Of a stretch of 64,000 nucleotides of DNA, positions 49,567-59,819 are shown in pieces (position 1 is the first letter of the stretch; each line of letters begins with the position of its first letter). The notes below the pieces were generated by a model. That model was not told the DNA's origin and searched no databases. It worked only from the letters and a program-made list of their open reading frames with translations. The position numbers and the translations under genes were made by a program. Source of the DNA: Nitrososphaerota archaeon (GTDB lineage Archaea; Thermoproteota; Nitrososphaeria_A; Caldarchaeales; Caldarchaeaceae); the NCBI GenBank assembly GCA_041641305.1, contig JBEPYN010000002.1, positions 192,001-256,000 on the forward strand, in the 5' to 3' direction.

Positions 49567-50385
49567 TTATCGGGGGAGGATAGTTATGATCCGAGGGTTT
49601 TCGAGGAGTTTGAGGAGTGAGGAGGGTGTTGCCGATACATCTGCGCCATATACGGCGGTTGCTGTGGTGATGTTTTGTTCTCCTTCTCCGGTGAGCCATT
49701 CGCGTTCGGTTGGGGATTTGTCGAGGTAGCCGAACCATTTGACGATCTGTGCGTCAACGCCGCGGATGAGTGAGAGCATGTCGTCGGGTGGTAGCGGGTC
49801 TCTGAAGACGACGTAGCCTGTTACGGGTGTGTTGGGTGAGCTTGACTGTCTCTGCTGTATCCAAGCAGCCTCGGCCCTCCATTCGCGGCCGTATCCTATC
49901 CTGCCTCTCAGCCCCGTCGCATAAATTGTGCCATCGGGGTCGATTTCGAGGTTGAGCTCGGGCAGTGCGTTGGTGGGGTAGGGCTGCAGCGACGCAGGGC
50001 CTCCTACAGAGACGCCTGTGTCGGGGTTGTATATGCTTCCATGGCATGGGCACTGGAACTGTCGTTTCTCGGGGAAGTAGTCGTAGAGACACCATAGATG
50101 TACGCAGACTTTGCTGTATGCTTTGAGGTCGCCTGATGGAAGGTGGACGAGGATAAATTGTCTGAAGGGGTCGGAGTCGACGGTTGGGTCACCTGTGGCT
50201 GGGAACGGGAAAGTGAGCTTTGAGTTGACGGGAAAATCTTTCAGGTTGATCAGCCTCTGCCGGATTTGTCCAGATGCTGCCTCGGGCCTGAACAGGAAGC
50301 CTCCCCACGAGAGGAAGGGTGCCAATGTGATGAGAAGAGAGGAGCCCAGAGTGGCCTTCAGAAGAGTTCTACGGCGCTCAGCCAT
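49567..50385 (-). CDS. Rieske 2Fe-2S protein with Tat-like signal and C-terminal extension
   Basis: ERRRTLLK, CVHLWC, CPCHGS.Y. Confidence 0.9.
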   Translation of the reverse strand: MAERRRTLLKATLGSSLLITLAPFLSWGGFLFRPEAASGQIRQRLINLKDFPVNSKLTFPFPATGDPTVDSDPFRQFILVHLPSGDLKAYSKVCVHLWCLYDYFPEKRQFQCPCHGSIYNPDTGVSVGGPASLQPYPTNALPELNLEIDPDGTIYATGLRGRIGYGREWRAEAAWIQQRQSSSPNTPVTGYVVFRDPLPPDDMLSLIRGVDAQIVKWFGYLDKSPTEREWLTGEGEQNITTATAVYGADVSATPSSLLKLLENPRIITILPR

Positions 50386-50820
50386 GTTTGATGTTTGCCC
50401 CAGTTCTAATTTAAGGATTTACGTCTCATGGGGCAGGTGCCGAGAGAAACCTGGACACAGCTGTCTGCAGCCTTTTCGCACAAACAGTATGGCCAGTACT
50501 CCGGCGAGCACCACCATGCTGAGCAGGTTGATTATCGACGATGTGACAAGCCCCGGCGTTACAAACACCTGTATAGATGTGGGCATGAGTTTCACGGAGT
50601 AGGCTGCGGCAGCTTTCTCACCTAGTGCAACGGTGTCGCCAACCTATTCAAACAAGTATGCTGATGAAACGGATGTTCTCGAGAGTGTGCTGAGGTGGAT
50701 TGTGATTCATCGGTTGTTGGTTTTTTGCTGCTATTTGGGTGGATTTGGTTGTCTTTTTGACGGTTTTTATGGTTAAATAATGCTTTTTTGTCAAATGTAG
50801 TCACCGCGGTGTGATAAATA

Positions 50821-52086
50821 ATGGCTAAGCTCGTCGCCGAGTATTTGCCTGTTCCGAGGCAGGAGGGGACTGAGTTTTGGAACAGGACGAGGATTGAGCA
50901 TATCAGGCAGTTGGCTAGGTTTGGGGAGCCTGTCTGGGTATGGGATAAGGCTAAGTATTCTTCGCGGCGGCTTCTCGACAGGCTGTTTTTCAGGGCCGAG
51001 CTCGAGGAAAATGAGGACGGCTCATTCGAGCCCGTGGAAGACATAGATACATCGGTCTTCATGGCGGGCGGCGGAATCTCTCTCACCACACCCATCTACC
51101 TCGGCGACATGAGCTTCGGAGCCCTCAGCGGCATCCCCAACATCGCCCTCGCCCGTGCCGCGGATTTGACGGGTATCTTGACGGGGACGGGGGAGGGTGG
51201 TCTTCATCCCGAGGTGAGGAAGTGTAGGAGAATTACTGTGCAGTGGGCTTCTGCACGCTTTGGTGTGGATATCGATGTTCTCAACACCGGTATGGGCATT
51301 GTTATCAAGATTGGGCAGGGTGCTAAGCCCGGCATAGGAGGCCACCTGCCCGGAGTGAAGGTGTCACGTCTCATCTCAGAGACAAGACGCATACCCGTGG
51401 GTGTCGACGCCATCTCCCCAGCGCCACATCATGACATCTACTCCATCGAGGACCTTGGTCAACGGATTATGGCGTTGAAGCAGGCGACGGGCAAGCCTGT
51501 CTTCGTCAAGGTCGGTGTGACGAACTACATCGGCTACATCGCTTGTGGGGTTGCGCGGATGGGTGCGGATGGGATTATTATGGATGGGCAGGGTGCTGGG
51601 ACGGGTGCGACGCCCGCTGTTGTGAGGAATAATGTTGGGCTGCCTGTTGAGATAGCTGTTCCTGTGGTTGATGATATGCTTAGGCGCGAGGGACTGCGTG
51701 AAGACTTCTCCGTGGTTGCCGCGGGCCGTGTGAGCAGCGCCGAGGACACCGCGAAACTGATTGCGTTGGGCGCGGACCTTGTCTCACTCGGAACAGCCTC
51801 GCTTATTGCGATGGGCTGCATCATGGTGCACAAATGCCACCTCGGCTTCTGCCCCGCTGTGCTGACAAACAAAATCGAGGACAACCCGGTGAAGCTGCTG
51901 TCACTCGAAACAGCGACCAACTGGGTTGTGAACATGGTGAAGGGCTGGACGGCTGAGCTTAGGCTCATACTCGCGAGGCTGGGTATGAAGAGCCTGGCGG
52001 AGCTGCGTGGACGGAGGGATTTGCTGGTCGCACGCGGGGTCGAGCGGGATCAGCTCAGCATAATGGGGGTGAAGCCGCTTGCTTAG
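50821..52086 (+). CDS. Glutamate synthase FMN-binding subunit (archaeal split GltB)
   Basis: [45 protein letters not shown]....C....C cluster. Confidence 0.93.
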   Translation: MAKLVAEYLPVPRQEGTEFWNRTRIEHIRQLARFGEPVWVWDKAKYSSRRLLDRLFFRAELEENEDGSFEPVEDIDTSVFMAGGGISLTTPIYLGDMSFGALSGIPNIALARAADLTGILTGTGEGGLHPEVRKCRRITVQWASARFGVDIDVLNTGMGIVIKIGQGAKPGIGGHLPGVKVSRLISETRRIPVGVDAISPAPHHDIYSIEDLGQRIMALKQATGKPVFVKVGVTNYIGYIACGVARMGADGIIMDGQGAGTGATPAVVRNNVGLPVEIAVPVVDDMLRREGLREDFSVVAAGRVSSAEDTAKLIALGADLVSLGTASLIAMGCIMVHKCHLGFCPAVLTNKIEDNPVKLLSLETATNWVVNMVKGWTAELRLILARLGMKSLAELRGRRDLLVARGVERDQLSIMGVKPLA

Positions 52087-53035
52087 AGGATGGACAGAGG
52101 CCCGTGTAAAACATCTGCAGGAGATGGCCGGCGTCGTGGGCAAGCAGCCCGCGGAGCCGCCGATAGTGAGCATGGGCAGCACGGGGCCGCCATACGTCGA
52201 AGAACCCTACTTCATCCGCGACCACATAGTAACAGATGGGGCGCAGGTCACGAGACCCAGCATAGACCCCTACCGCGAACCCGTCGAAACACACGTCTAC
52301 CTCTGCGGAGGAGTGGTCAGGCTTTCGATGCCGATAGTTGTTAAGCTCGGCCCCCATCTCTCAAACGGCTTCAGAGAAGGTGTTGTCCGTGCATGCTATT
52401 GCATGGGTGTGTTGGCGATGGTTGACAAACCCACAGGCCTCGAGAAATATGGGGAAGGGCTTCTCATAGACCACGCATACGTCGGCGACAGAGTTTACGC
52501 AGGCTGCTACGGTGAACCAAGTCGATGCAGAAAATCCGGTAAACCTTTCTTCGCTCATGTAAGAGCCGCGACGGATTTTTCCTGGCTCGGTTCTGTTTTG
52601 GCGCATGTTTCAGGGGTTGTTGTTGACGAGGATTTGGGTGGAGATGACGAGGTTGAGGTTGTTGTCTCGCTGTTGGACAGGGAGCTTCGGAGGCTTGGTT
52701 TCCGCAACTCCGTGAGCTTGGTCGCTGGTGGATGGAGCGTGAGAGGAGCCGACGACGTGTTCAAGCTCGTGGCCCTCGGAGCGGACGCCGTCATGCTCTC
52801 CACATGCGTCGAAAAAGCCCTCGAACCACTTCTCACACACGACGCCTACCACGTGCAGGAAAAGATGGAAAACCTACTCCTCGGACTTCAACGAGAAATT
52901 AAGCTGCTCGCGGGAGCGGCCGGCGTCTCAAACATCTTCAATACCTTGGTGGGTAACAGAGAGCTGCTAAGAGCTGTTGAGCTGCCCCGGGAAATAAGAA
53001 CACTTCTCAGTATCAAGTTGGCCGGCGAGGGGTAA
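52079..53035 (+). CDS. Degenerate glutamate synthase FMN-domain paralogue
   Basis: [30 protein letters not shown]; lacks GQGAKPG and the Cys cluster. Confidence 0.75.
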   Translation: MLRGWTEARVKHLQEMAGVVGKQPAEPPIVSMGSTGPPYVEEPYFIRDHIVTDGAQVTRPSIDPYREPVETHVYLCGGVVRLSMPIVVKLGPHLSNGFREGVVRACYCMGVLAMVDKPTGLEKYGEGLLIDHAYVGDRVYAGCYGEPSRCRKSGKPFFAHVRAATDFSWLGSVLAHVSGVVVDEDLGGDDEVEVVVSLLDRELRRLGFRNSVSLVAGGWSVRGADDVFKLVALGADAVMLSTCVEKALEPLLTHDAYHVQEKMENLLLGLQREIKLLAGAAGVSNIFNTLVGNRELLRAVELPREIRTLLSIKLAGEG

Positions 53036-53037
53036 GA

Positions 53038-55083
53038 ATGGAGACGAGGCGGGAGATATCTGCATGCGGGATACTCGGCGTTCTACGTAGAAGGGATGCT
53101 GAGAAGGTGAGGGCTGAGGAAGCGGTTTCGTCGATTGAATGCGTGCGGTTCCGGGGAAGCAGATACGGCGCAGGCTTCGCCGCCTACAACCTCGACGGCA
53201 ACAACGGAATGCATAAACTCAAAATATTCATAGACTCTGAAAACACGCTTTCACATGTAAAGAAGGTTCTCAAGACACGTGTTGACGGCGGATTCTATGA
53301 GCTGGGGTTCGACAGCTTCTCGACAAGTAGGTTCGCATCGTGGAGCGCCTACGTGGAGACAGCCGAGGAAACGTTGAGGAAACTTGTCGACAGTATCAAC
53401 TACGAGCTCTGGAACGCGGGGATGCGTGGAAGAGTTTATTCGTGGGGCAGGTTTGCCGAGGTCTTCAAAGGCGTCGGATACCCTGTGGACGTCTCCAACA
53501 TGTATGGCTTGACTGAGAAAAACCTCGAGGCGGATATGTGGATAGCTCATACACGGCAGCCCACCAACTCTCCAGGCGTCTACCCCATTTGGTCACATCC
53601 ATTCGCGAGCCAAGAATGGGCGATAGCGCACAACGGGGACATCAGCAGCTTCGGCGCAAACATGGAGTTCATCAAGTTCCGCGGCTACCGGAGCTTCGTC
53701 GGAACAGACAGCGAGCTCATAGCCTATCTCCTCGACTACCTCACCAACATACAGCAACTATCCATCATCAAAGCAGCTCAGATACTCGTTAACGGGTTTG
53801 AAGACGACCTTGACAGAGTGGATGAATATGTTCGCATGCGTGGAGCAGGCCTCGACGGCCCATTCAGCGCGGTCGCGGGATACTGCGACGGCGAAGACGT
53901 CTACATGCTCGCCTTGGCTGACAGGTCAAAATTCAGGCCGCTCGTAGTCGGCTACGACGAGAAGAGAATCTATATCGCGAGTGAGGAGGCGGAGATACGG
54001 CAGAATTCTCCCGACGCGGTTGTGTGGCCCGTTAAGCCAGGCGGAATTTTCCTCGCCTCTTTGAAGAAAGGCATAGTCTTGTCCGGGAGAGAGAACATCC
54101 GCTACTATTATCAGCCAAGAACAGAGAAGCCGCCGCATGCTGGCACGATTGTCAACGCAGCGGGATTAGATTATCGACGCGTCAACAGAATAATTGCCGA
54201 GTTTTTTGCAAAAGGTGTGGAAAAAGTGGATGTTGTTAACGTAAATGGGCATAGGTACCTCGGGGTCAACGTGCCTGCTGGCCGTGTTCTCAACATCTAT
54301 GGCACGGCGGGAAACTGTGTGGCCAACTTCAACAGAGGAGGCTTGATAACGGTTTACGGGAATGCGGAGGATGATGTCGCGGATGCGATGGTTGGCGGCC
54401 GTGTAGTCATTCATGGGAACGCGGGCGACGTTTTGGCGCAGGCTTTCCAAGCAGGTGAAATCTTCGTTCGGGGAAGCGCGGGCAACAGGGTGGCTATCCA
54501 GATGCGTGAATTCCGTGAACACAGGCCCTATCTCATAATCGGCGGGAGGGTTGATGACTATCTCGGCGAATACATGGCGGGTGGTGTTGTAGCGGTTCTG
54601 GGTGTGGACAGCTTTGACAGCGACGAATGCTTGGTTGGACGGTGTGTGGCCACGGGGATGGTCGGCGGCGTCATCTACGTCAGAGGCCGTGTCGATAGAT
54701 GGCGGATAGGGCTGCAGCCCCCGAGAGAAGACGTCAAGAGATACCTCCGCGGCCTCCTGCTCGAAGGCCAAATAGACCAGCCAACATACACAAAACTCAT
54801 CACACTAGAGAAGCTAACCATCCAAGACCTCCGCGAAAACCTCCCACCCGAACCCTTCAAACGTATATCAAAACTCTACACCTCAAAATACTACAGAGAG
54901 CATCTCGTGTCCTATCGCTGGCTCGGCGAAGCAGACTTGAAGCCTCTCGGCAACGTTCTCCAACGTTTCTGCAGGGAGTTTGGCCTCGGAGAGGATGTGT
55001 ATCAACGGTTGCTCGAGGAGAAATACACCGTCATAAGGGTGGCTGGAGGGGCCTCAGACATCCTGTTGCCCGAGGAAGGCTAA
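53038..55083 (+). CDS. Glutamate synthase class-II glutamine amidotransferase + GXGXG domain subunit
   Basis: ACGI, AHTRQPTN, HPF, HNGDI, TDSE; GEYMAGG, TGMVGG. Confidence 0.9.
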   Translation: METRREISACGILGVLRRRDAEKVRAEEAVSSIECVRFRGSRYGAGFAAYNLDGNNGMHKLKIFIDSENTLSHVKKVLKTRVDGGFYELGFDSFSTSRFASWSAYVETAEETLRKLVDSINYELWNAGMRGRVYSWGRFAEVFKGVGYPVDVSNMYGLTEKNLEADMWIAHTRQPTNSPGVYPIWSHPFASQEWAIAHNGDISSFGANMEFIKFRGYRSFVGTDSELIAYLLDYLTNIQQLSIIKAAQILVNGFEDDLDRVDEYVRMRGAGLDGPFSAVAGYCDGEDVYMLALADRSKFRPLVVGYDEKRIYIASEEAEIRQNSPDAVVWPVKPGGIFLASLKKGIVLSGRENIRYYYQPRTEKPPHAGTIVNAAGLDYRRVNRIIAEFFAKGVEKVDVVNVNGHRYLGVNVPAGRVLNIYGTAGNCVANFNRGGLITVYGNAEDDVADAMVGGRVVIHGNAGDVLAQAFQAGEIFVRGSAGNRVAIQMREFREHRPYLIIGGRVDDYLGEYMAGGVVAVLGVDSFDSDECLVGRCVATGMVGGVIYVRGRVDRWRIGLQPPREDVKRYLRGLLLEGQIDQPTYTKLITLEKLTIQDLRENLPPEPFKRISKLYTSKYYREHLVSYRWLGEADLKPLGNVLQRFCREFGLGEDVYQRLLEEKYTVIRVAGGASDILLPEEG

Positions 55084-55448
55084 ACCTCGAGAAGTTTGGC
55101 CAAAGCCTCGACGGTCGTTATCCCGAAGCGTCTAAGCACACGCAACCGTCTATGATAGCTCTCGTCAACCTCGTAACCCATCTGCCTCAGCAGCCGAGAA
55201 ACCCTCTTCATACTCCTTATACCCTCGCTGTCAAAATCGAGAAGCAGAATGATTTTACGCGGCCGAGGCATCCTATCCAACTCTCCCCAAAACCTGCTAA
55301 CATGAATAATCCTACCAAGAAACCCAGCGGCGCGCAGAGCCCTCTCATCCCTAACACCCTCCACAAGAACAACAACGTCTTCGACTGCTTCCGCTACAAG
55401 ATTCTCGAGTGTTTTTCGAAATTCTTCATAATGCATTTCGTCGAGCAT
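55080..55448 (-). CDS. Small TOPRIM-domain protein
   Basis: VLVEG.RD, LLDFDSEG. Confidence 0.85.
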   Translation of the reverse strand: MLDEMHYEEFRKTLENLVAEAVEDVVVLVEGVRDERALRAAGFLGRIIHVSRFWGELDRMPRPRKIILLLDFDSEGIRSMKRVSRLLRQMGYEVDESYHRRLRVLRRFGITTVEALAKLLEV

Positions 55449-55642
55449 GATGAGACGCCGTCCAACAAGATGCTCATCAGATGATTAATTTTAGTTTTCT
55501 AACTTTTGGAAAGTGTAAGTTTTTGCATATGAGTTGGCCAAAAATGGCTTGAAAATCGCGTGTTGATACATACGAGCGTATTACCTTTAGTTATAACATG
55601 TCAAGTCACCAGCTGGGAGCAAATGGAGGTGATGGGAAGGAG

Positions 55643-55789
55643 ATGAAGGTTGTAACGGTGCATTTGCCCGAGCCGTATCTACAAGCCATCGACGAGTTGG
55701 TGAAACGCAGACTCTATCCCAACCGGGCAGAGGCCATACGCATGGCCCTAAGAGACTTCATCCGCACGGAGGTACAGATAAGTGAGTAG
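55643..55789 (+). CDS. Ribbon-helix-helix regulator, CdrS-like
   Basis: MKVVTVHLP...IDELV...YPNRAEAIR; overlaps the ftsZ start. Confidence 0.8.
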   Translation: MKVVTVHLPEPYLQAIDELVKRRLYPNRAEAIRMALRDFIRTEVQISE

Positions 55790-56867
55790 CGTAGAAGAAC
55801 TCACACAGGCGACAGAGGAGATAAGAATCAAGCTAATCGGAGTAGGCGGAGCAGGATGCAACACAGTCAACAGGCTTAACGCGCTCGGCCTGACAGGCGT
55901 ATACACAATAGCCGCGAACACAGACCTGCAGCATCTCGACATGGTGAGAGCCGACAAGAAGATTTTACTCGGCAAATCGGTTACACGGCTCCGTGGCGCA
56001 GGAGGCGACCCAATCCGCGGAAGAAAAGCCGCTGAAGAATCGGAGGAGGAGATCCGAAGGGCCCTCGAGGGAGCTGACATCGTCTTCCTCGCGGCAGGGC
56101 TTGGAGGTGGAACAGGAACAGGTGCGGCGCCGGTTGTCGCACGCATAGCACGTGAAGAAGGCGCGACGGTGGTCGGTGTAGTCTCTCTTCCCTTTGTTTT
56201 CGAGGGCATGGTGAGGAAAAGAATTGCTCAGGCAGGTCTTGAGGAGCTGAAAAACTACACAAACACATCGGTCGTCGTCGACAACAACAAGCTCCTCGAC
56301 CTCTATCCACAGCACAACCTGCGGAGAGCTTTCAGCCTCGCCGACGAAGTCATCAGCAACATGATACAGAGCATAACCGAGTCCATCGCCAAACCCGGCC
56401 TCATAAACATCGACTACGAAGACTTCAAGACAGTAGTTAGCAGAGGCAAGCTGGCATCGCTGGGAGTAGGCCGCTCCTCCACCCCCAACAGAGCCGAGGA
56501 AGCCACGTTCAACGCGCTCCAGTCCCCGCTCCTCGACGCATCCTACGAAGGCCTCTCAGGCGCCATAGTCCACGTCTGCGGCGGAGAAGACATGCAGCTC
56601 GCGGAAGCTGCGCGGCCGGCAGAGATTGTCTCGGAACTGATGGGTGATGACGGGTTGGTGATATGGGGTGCGCGGATAGACGACACCCTCAGCTCAACGA
56701 TGCAGGTCTCGCTGATACTCACAGGCCTCTCCTCAACCGAGCAAGTCGTAGAAATCAACGAGATAACCCCCGCAAGCGTCGACCAGCGGATCAGCGACGA
56801 AAACGGAGAAGAAATAGACAGGATACTGGAGCAGCTGGGCATCAAGCCCGTCTCCCAGATCCCATAA
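55782..56867 (+). CDS. ftsZ: Cell division protein FtsZ
   Basis: GVGGAG.N, GLGGGTGTG, INIDYED. Confidence 0.96.
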   Translation: MSSVEELTQATEEIRIKLIGVGGAGCNTVNRLNALGLTGVYTIAANTDLQHLDMVRADKKILLGKSVTRLRGAGGDPIRGRKAAEESEEEIRRALEGADIVFLAAGLGGGTGTGAAPVVARIAREEGATVVGVVSLPFVFEGMVRKRIAQAGLEELKNYTNTSVVVDNNKLLDLYPQHNLRRAFSLADEVISNMIQSITESIAKPGLINIDYEDFKTVVSRGKLASLGVGRSSTPNRAEEATFNALQSPLLDASYEGLSGAIVHVCGGEDMQLAEAARPAEIVSELMGDDGLVIWGARIDDTLSSTMQVSLILTGLSSTEQVVEINEITPASVDQRISDENGEEIDRILEQLGIKPVSQIP

Positions 56868-56902
56868 AACAAAAAACCACCTTTTTATCATTTTATTCTC
56901 TG

Positions 56903-57676
56903 TTGAAGAGAAGGGTTGAGCAGAGTGTTTTAGGGCTTTTGACGAGTCGCCGCTCTATACGCCGTTTCCGCAAGTCTTCGATGAGTGAGGAGGTCCTCGG
57001 CATGATTGTGGAGAGTGGGCAGATGGCTCCATCCTATTTCCAAGCATATTCAATCATCTGGCTCAGGTCTGAGCAGTTGGTTGACGCCGTGCATGATGTC
57101 TGTGGCTCCGAGGCCATCAAACAGGCTTCCGCGGTTCTCCTCATATGCTTGGATTTTAACAGGCTAAGCGTTTTAGCGGAAACAGTTTCCTCGGAGAATT
57201 TCCTCAAGCTTGACACATATCCAGCCGAGACGCTGTTATCTGTTTTTGAGCTGGGGCTGGTTGTCGAGAACATGGTTATCGCCTCCGAGGCCCTTGGCTA
57301 CGGCACGCTGCTGCTTGACTGCGGCATATTCGAGTGCGAGAGATTATCAGCCTTGCTGAAGCTGCCGACTGGAGTGGTCCCCATAGTTCTTCTCTTGATA
57401 GGTGAAAAAGATGAAACGCCTCCGCCTCGGCCTAGGTGGCCTCTCCAAAACATTCTCCACATCGACGGCTACAAACCAGTAACAAGCGAAGAGGCGCGAA
57501 AATACATCGCAACAGCCGACCAAATCCTCTCAAGCGAAAGCTATCTCAAAAAATATGCAAACTTCTCGGGAACCTATCCCGAATACCTCGCCGAGCAGCT
57601 GCGCGCAAACAAGGAGATCAAACAGTCATACGCCGCTCTCTCATCTTTTCTGAGAAAACAGGGGGTAAAAGTTTAG
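56903..57676 (+). CDS. Nitroreductase-family (NfsA-like) protein
   Basis: SRRSIRRF, APS..Q, AxEALGYG, PRPR; start estimated. Confidence 0.8.
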   Translation: MKRRVEQSVLGLLTSRRSIRRFRKSSMSEEVLGMIVESGQMAPSYFQAYSIIWLRSEQLVDAVHDVCGSEAIKQASAVLLICLDFNRLSVLAETVSSENFLKLDTYPAETLLSVFELGLVVENMVIASEALGYGTLLLDCGIFECERLSALLKLPTGVVPIVLLLIGEKDETPPPRPRWPLQNILHIDGYKPVTSEEARKYIATADQILSSESYLKKYANFSGTYPEYLAEQLRANKEIKQSYAALSSFLRKQGVKV

Positions 57677-57715
57677 CCAGAGTCGTTTAAATTCTCCGCA
57701 AACCGAGAACCGCCG

Positions 57716-58777
57716 ATGAGCTTAGAGGAAGAGGTCATATCCATCATATCCGAATACGTGGAGCCTATAGAGGAAGCGGTTGAGAAGCTCACACCAAAAA
57801 TATTTGACACAGGCTTTCTCGTTAAGGAGTTTGGTGAACCTGTTTACCGCTACAGCCCCGAGTCTTTTACCGAGGGGCTGGCGAAACCGTTTTGGGAGCT
57901 TTTCAGGAGAGGTGGCAAGAGATGGAGGCCGGCTCTTGCTGTGATAGTCTATGAGGCGCTGGGCGGCAGGGACCCGGGCATCTACACCTTGGCCGCTGTT
58001 CCCGAAATCATCCACAACGCCACCCTGATAGTTGACGACGTCGAGGACGGCAGCCTCATGAGAAGAGGAGAGCCATGCATCCACCGCATCTACGGCATAG
58101 ACATCGCCATCAACGCAGGCAATGCCTACTACTACATCCCAGTATACATGGCCGCAAAAAAGCTGCCCAAAACAGTTGCCACACTCTTTCTCGAGAAATA
58201 CCTTGAGACGATGACAAGGCTCAGCCTCGGCCAAACCATGGACATCGTCTGGCACAGAGGCCTTGTCTCAGACATCACCGAGGAGCATTATCTCCAGATG
58301 GCGGCGTTCAAGACAGGTGCTTTGTCACGGTTCGCCGTAGAGCTTGCAGCCATATACGCCGAACGCCAAGACCTTCTCGATGAGCTCGGGTTATTCGGCG
58401 AAGTCGTCGGAACAGCTTTCCAGATACAGGACGATTACCTCAACATCTTCGGCGAAGAAGCCAAATACGGCAAGGAGATAGGCGGCGACATCACCGAGGG
58501 CAAATACACCCTGATGACCGTGTATGCTCTTGCGCATCTACCCGCCGAGAAAGCCTCACGGCTCAGACAAATACTTCAGAAGCACACATCCGACAGACAA
58601 GAGCTCGAGGAAGCGATAAGGCTCATCAGAGAATCCGGCGCAGACAAGTATGCACGTGAGGTTATGCGGCGAAGCGTTCAAGAGGCATGGAACAGAGTTG
58701 AGCCTCTTCTTCCCGAGACACCTGCAAAAACAAAGCTCAAAAAACTCGCCACATTCCTCATAGAGAGAACCCTCTAA
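57716..58777 (+). CDS. Polyprenyl (geranylgeranyl) diphosphate synthase
   Basis: GGKRWRP, LIVDDVED...RRG, FQIQDD, DITEGK. Confidence 0.93.
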   Translation: MSLEEEVISIISEYVEPIEEAVEKLTPKIFDTGFLVKEFGEPVYRYSPESFTEGLAKPFWELFRRGGKRWRPALAVIVYEALGGRDPGIYTLAAVPEIIHNATLIVDDVEDGSLMRRGEPCIHRIYGIDIAINAGNAYYYIPVYMAAKKLPKTVATLFLEKYLETMTRLSLGQTMDIVWHRGLVSDITEEHYLQMAAFKTGALSRFAVELAAIYAERQDLLDELGLFGEVVGTAFQIQDDYLNIFGEEAKYGKEIGGDITEGKYTLMTVYALAHLPAEKASRLRQILQKHTSDRQELEEAIRLIRESGADKYAREVMRRSVQEAWNRVEPLLPETPAKTKLKKLATFLIERTL

Positions 58778-58809
58778 AAACACATAAGCAGGCTGCGACA
58801 ACGAGTGCC

Positions 58810-59298
58810 GTGAGCGTTAAGATAGAGGTTGTTAGTGTTGAGATTCCCGAGGGCTGCAACGTGGTCTTCGGCGTCTCGCACTTCATCAAAACCGTTGAAG
58901 ACATTTACGAGGCGGTTGTTAACACCGTTCCTGGCGCTAAGTTTGGGCTTGCGTTTATGGAGGCGAGCGGCGAATGCCTCGTCCGACATGAGGGAACTGA
59001 CCCGGAGCTGCGGAGACACGCCGCCGAAACCATGCTCAAAATAGGCTGCGGCCACGCCTTCATCCTCTTCATAAAAGGCTTCTACCCCATCAACATCATG
59101 CAGCGGCTCAAAGACGTGCCCGAGGTATGCACAATCCTCGCCGCGACAGCCAACCCCCTCCAGATAATAGTCGCCGAGACGGAGCAGGGCCGCGGAGTCC
59201 TCGGAGTAGTCGACGGACACAAGCCAAAAGGCATCGAAGACGAGAAGCACATCGAAGCCCGCAAACAATTCCTAAGAAAAATAGGCTACAAGCTATAG
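58810..59298 (+). CDS. Adenosine-specific kinase family (COG1839-like)
   Basis: SHFIKTVED, FMEASG, ATANP, GVVDG, GYKL. Confidence 0.85.
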   Translation: MSVKIEVVSVEIPEGCNVVFGVSHFIKTVEDIYEAVVNTVPGAKFGLAFMEASGECLVRHEGTDPELRRHAAETMLKIGCGHAFILFIKGFYPINIMQRLKDVPEVCTILAATANPLQIIVAETEQGRGVLGVVDGHKPKGIEDEKHIEARKQFLRKIGYKL

Positions 59299-59819
59299 AT
59301 TTTCACCAATTTTTTCACCATTCGCCTGTAACGCGGCATATCATCAAATATCCACGAGTTTATTCCATTCATTCTGATAGGCTTTGTCTCCAACACCTCT
59401 CTAACCTCCTCTTCCGTGAAAGCTTTTATGTAGTGGCTGGGTTTTTTGAGAAGAAGAATTCTACGATACTCTATTTCGTGAAGATGTGTTATGGGAGTGC
59501 CGGGTGTTTTCTCTAGCTGGTCGAGGAGATGCTTGACGTCGTCTAGGTTGATGCTACTTTGTTTTCCTCTTCTGACCCATTCCCTGACACAAGCGTTGAA
59601 CATTCCAATCACATCGTCAACATATGGCCTGCCGCCGTTGTAATATAGCAGAACAATCGGGTGATTAAGCCAGCCGCGTAACCCGTCTCTGAGAAGACCA
59701 GCCTTCCTCAGAAAAATATTCAGAATCTGCTTGGCCTCTACACGCTGTTTACCCAGACGCAGGTCGTCGAGAACTGCGGCCGACCTACTCCAATCGACAT
59801 AGGGCCTAAAAATCTGCAT
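59286..59819 (-). CDS. Pyrimidine-dimer DNA glycosylase / T4 endonuclease V-like protein
   Basis: MQIFRPY...LDDLRLGKQRVEAKQIL...GW.NHP. Confidence 0.8.
   Translation of the reverse strand: MQIFRPYVDWSRSAAVLDDLRLGKQRVEAKQILNIFLRKAGLLRDGLRGWLNHPIVLLYYNGGRPYVDDVIGMFNACVREWVRRGKQSSINLDDVKHLLDQLEKTPGTPITHLHEIEYRRILLLKKPSHYIKAFTEEEVREVLETKPIRMNGINSWIFDDMPRYRRMVKKLVKIYSL

Noticed and set aside
50419-50595. 58-aa minus-strand ORF with one hydrophobic segment upstream of the Rieske gene
   Set aside because: Could be a small membrane protein or a fragment, but there is no motif support.
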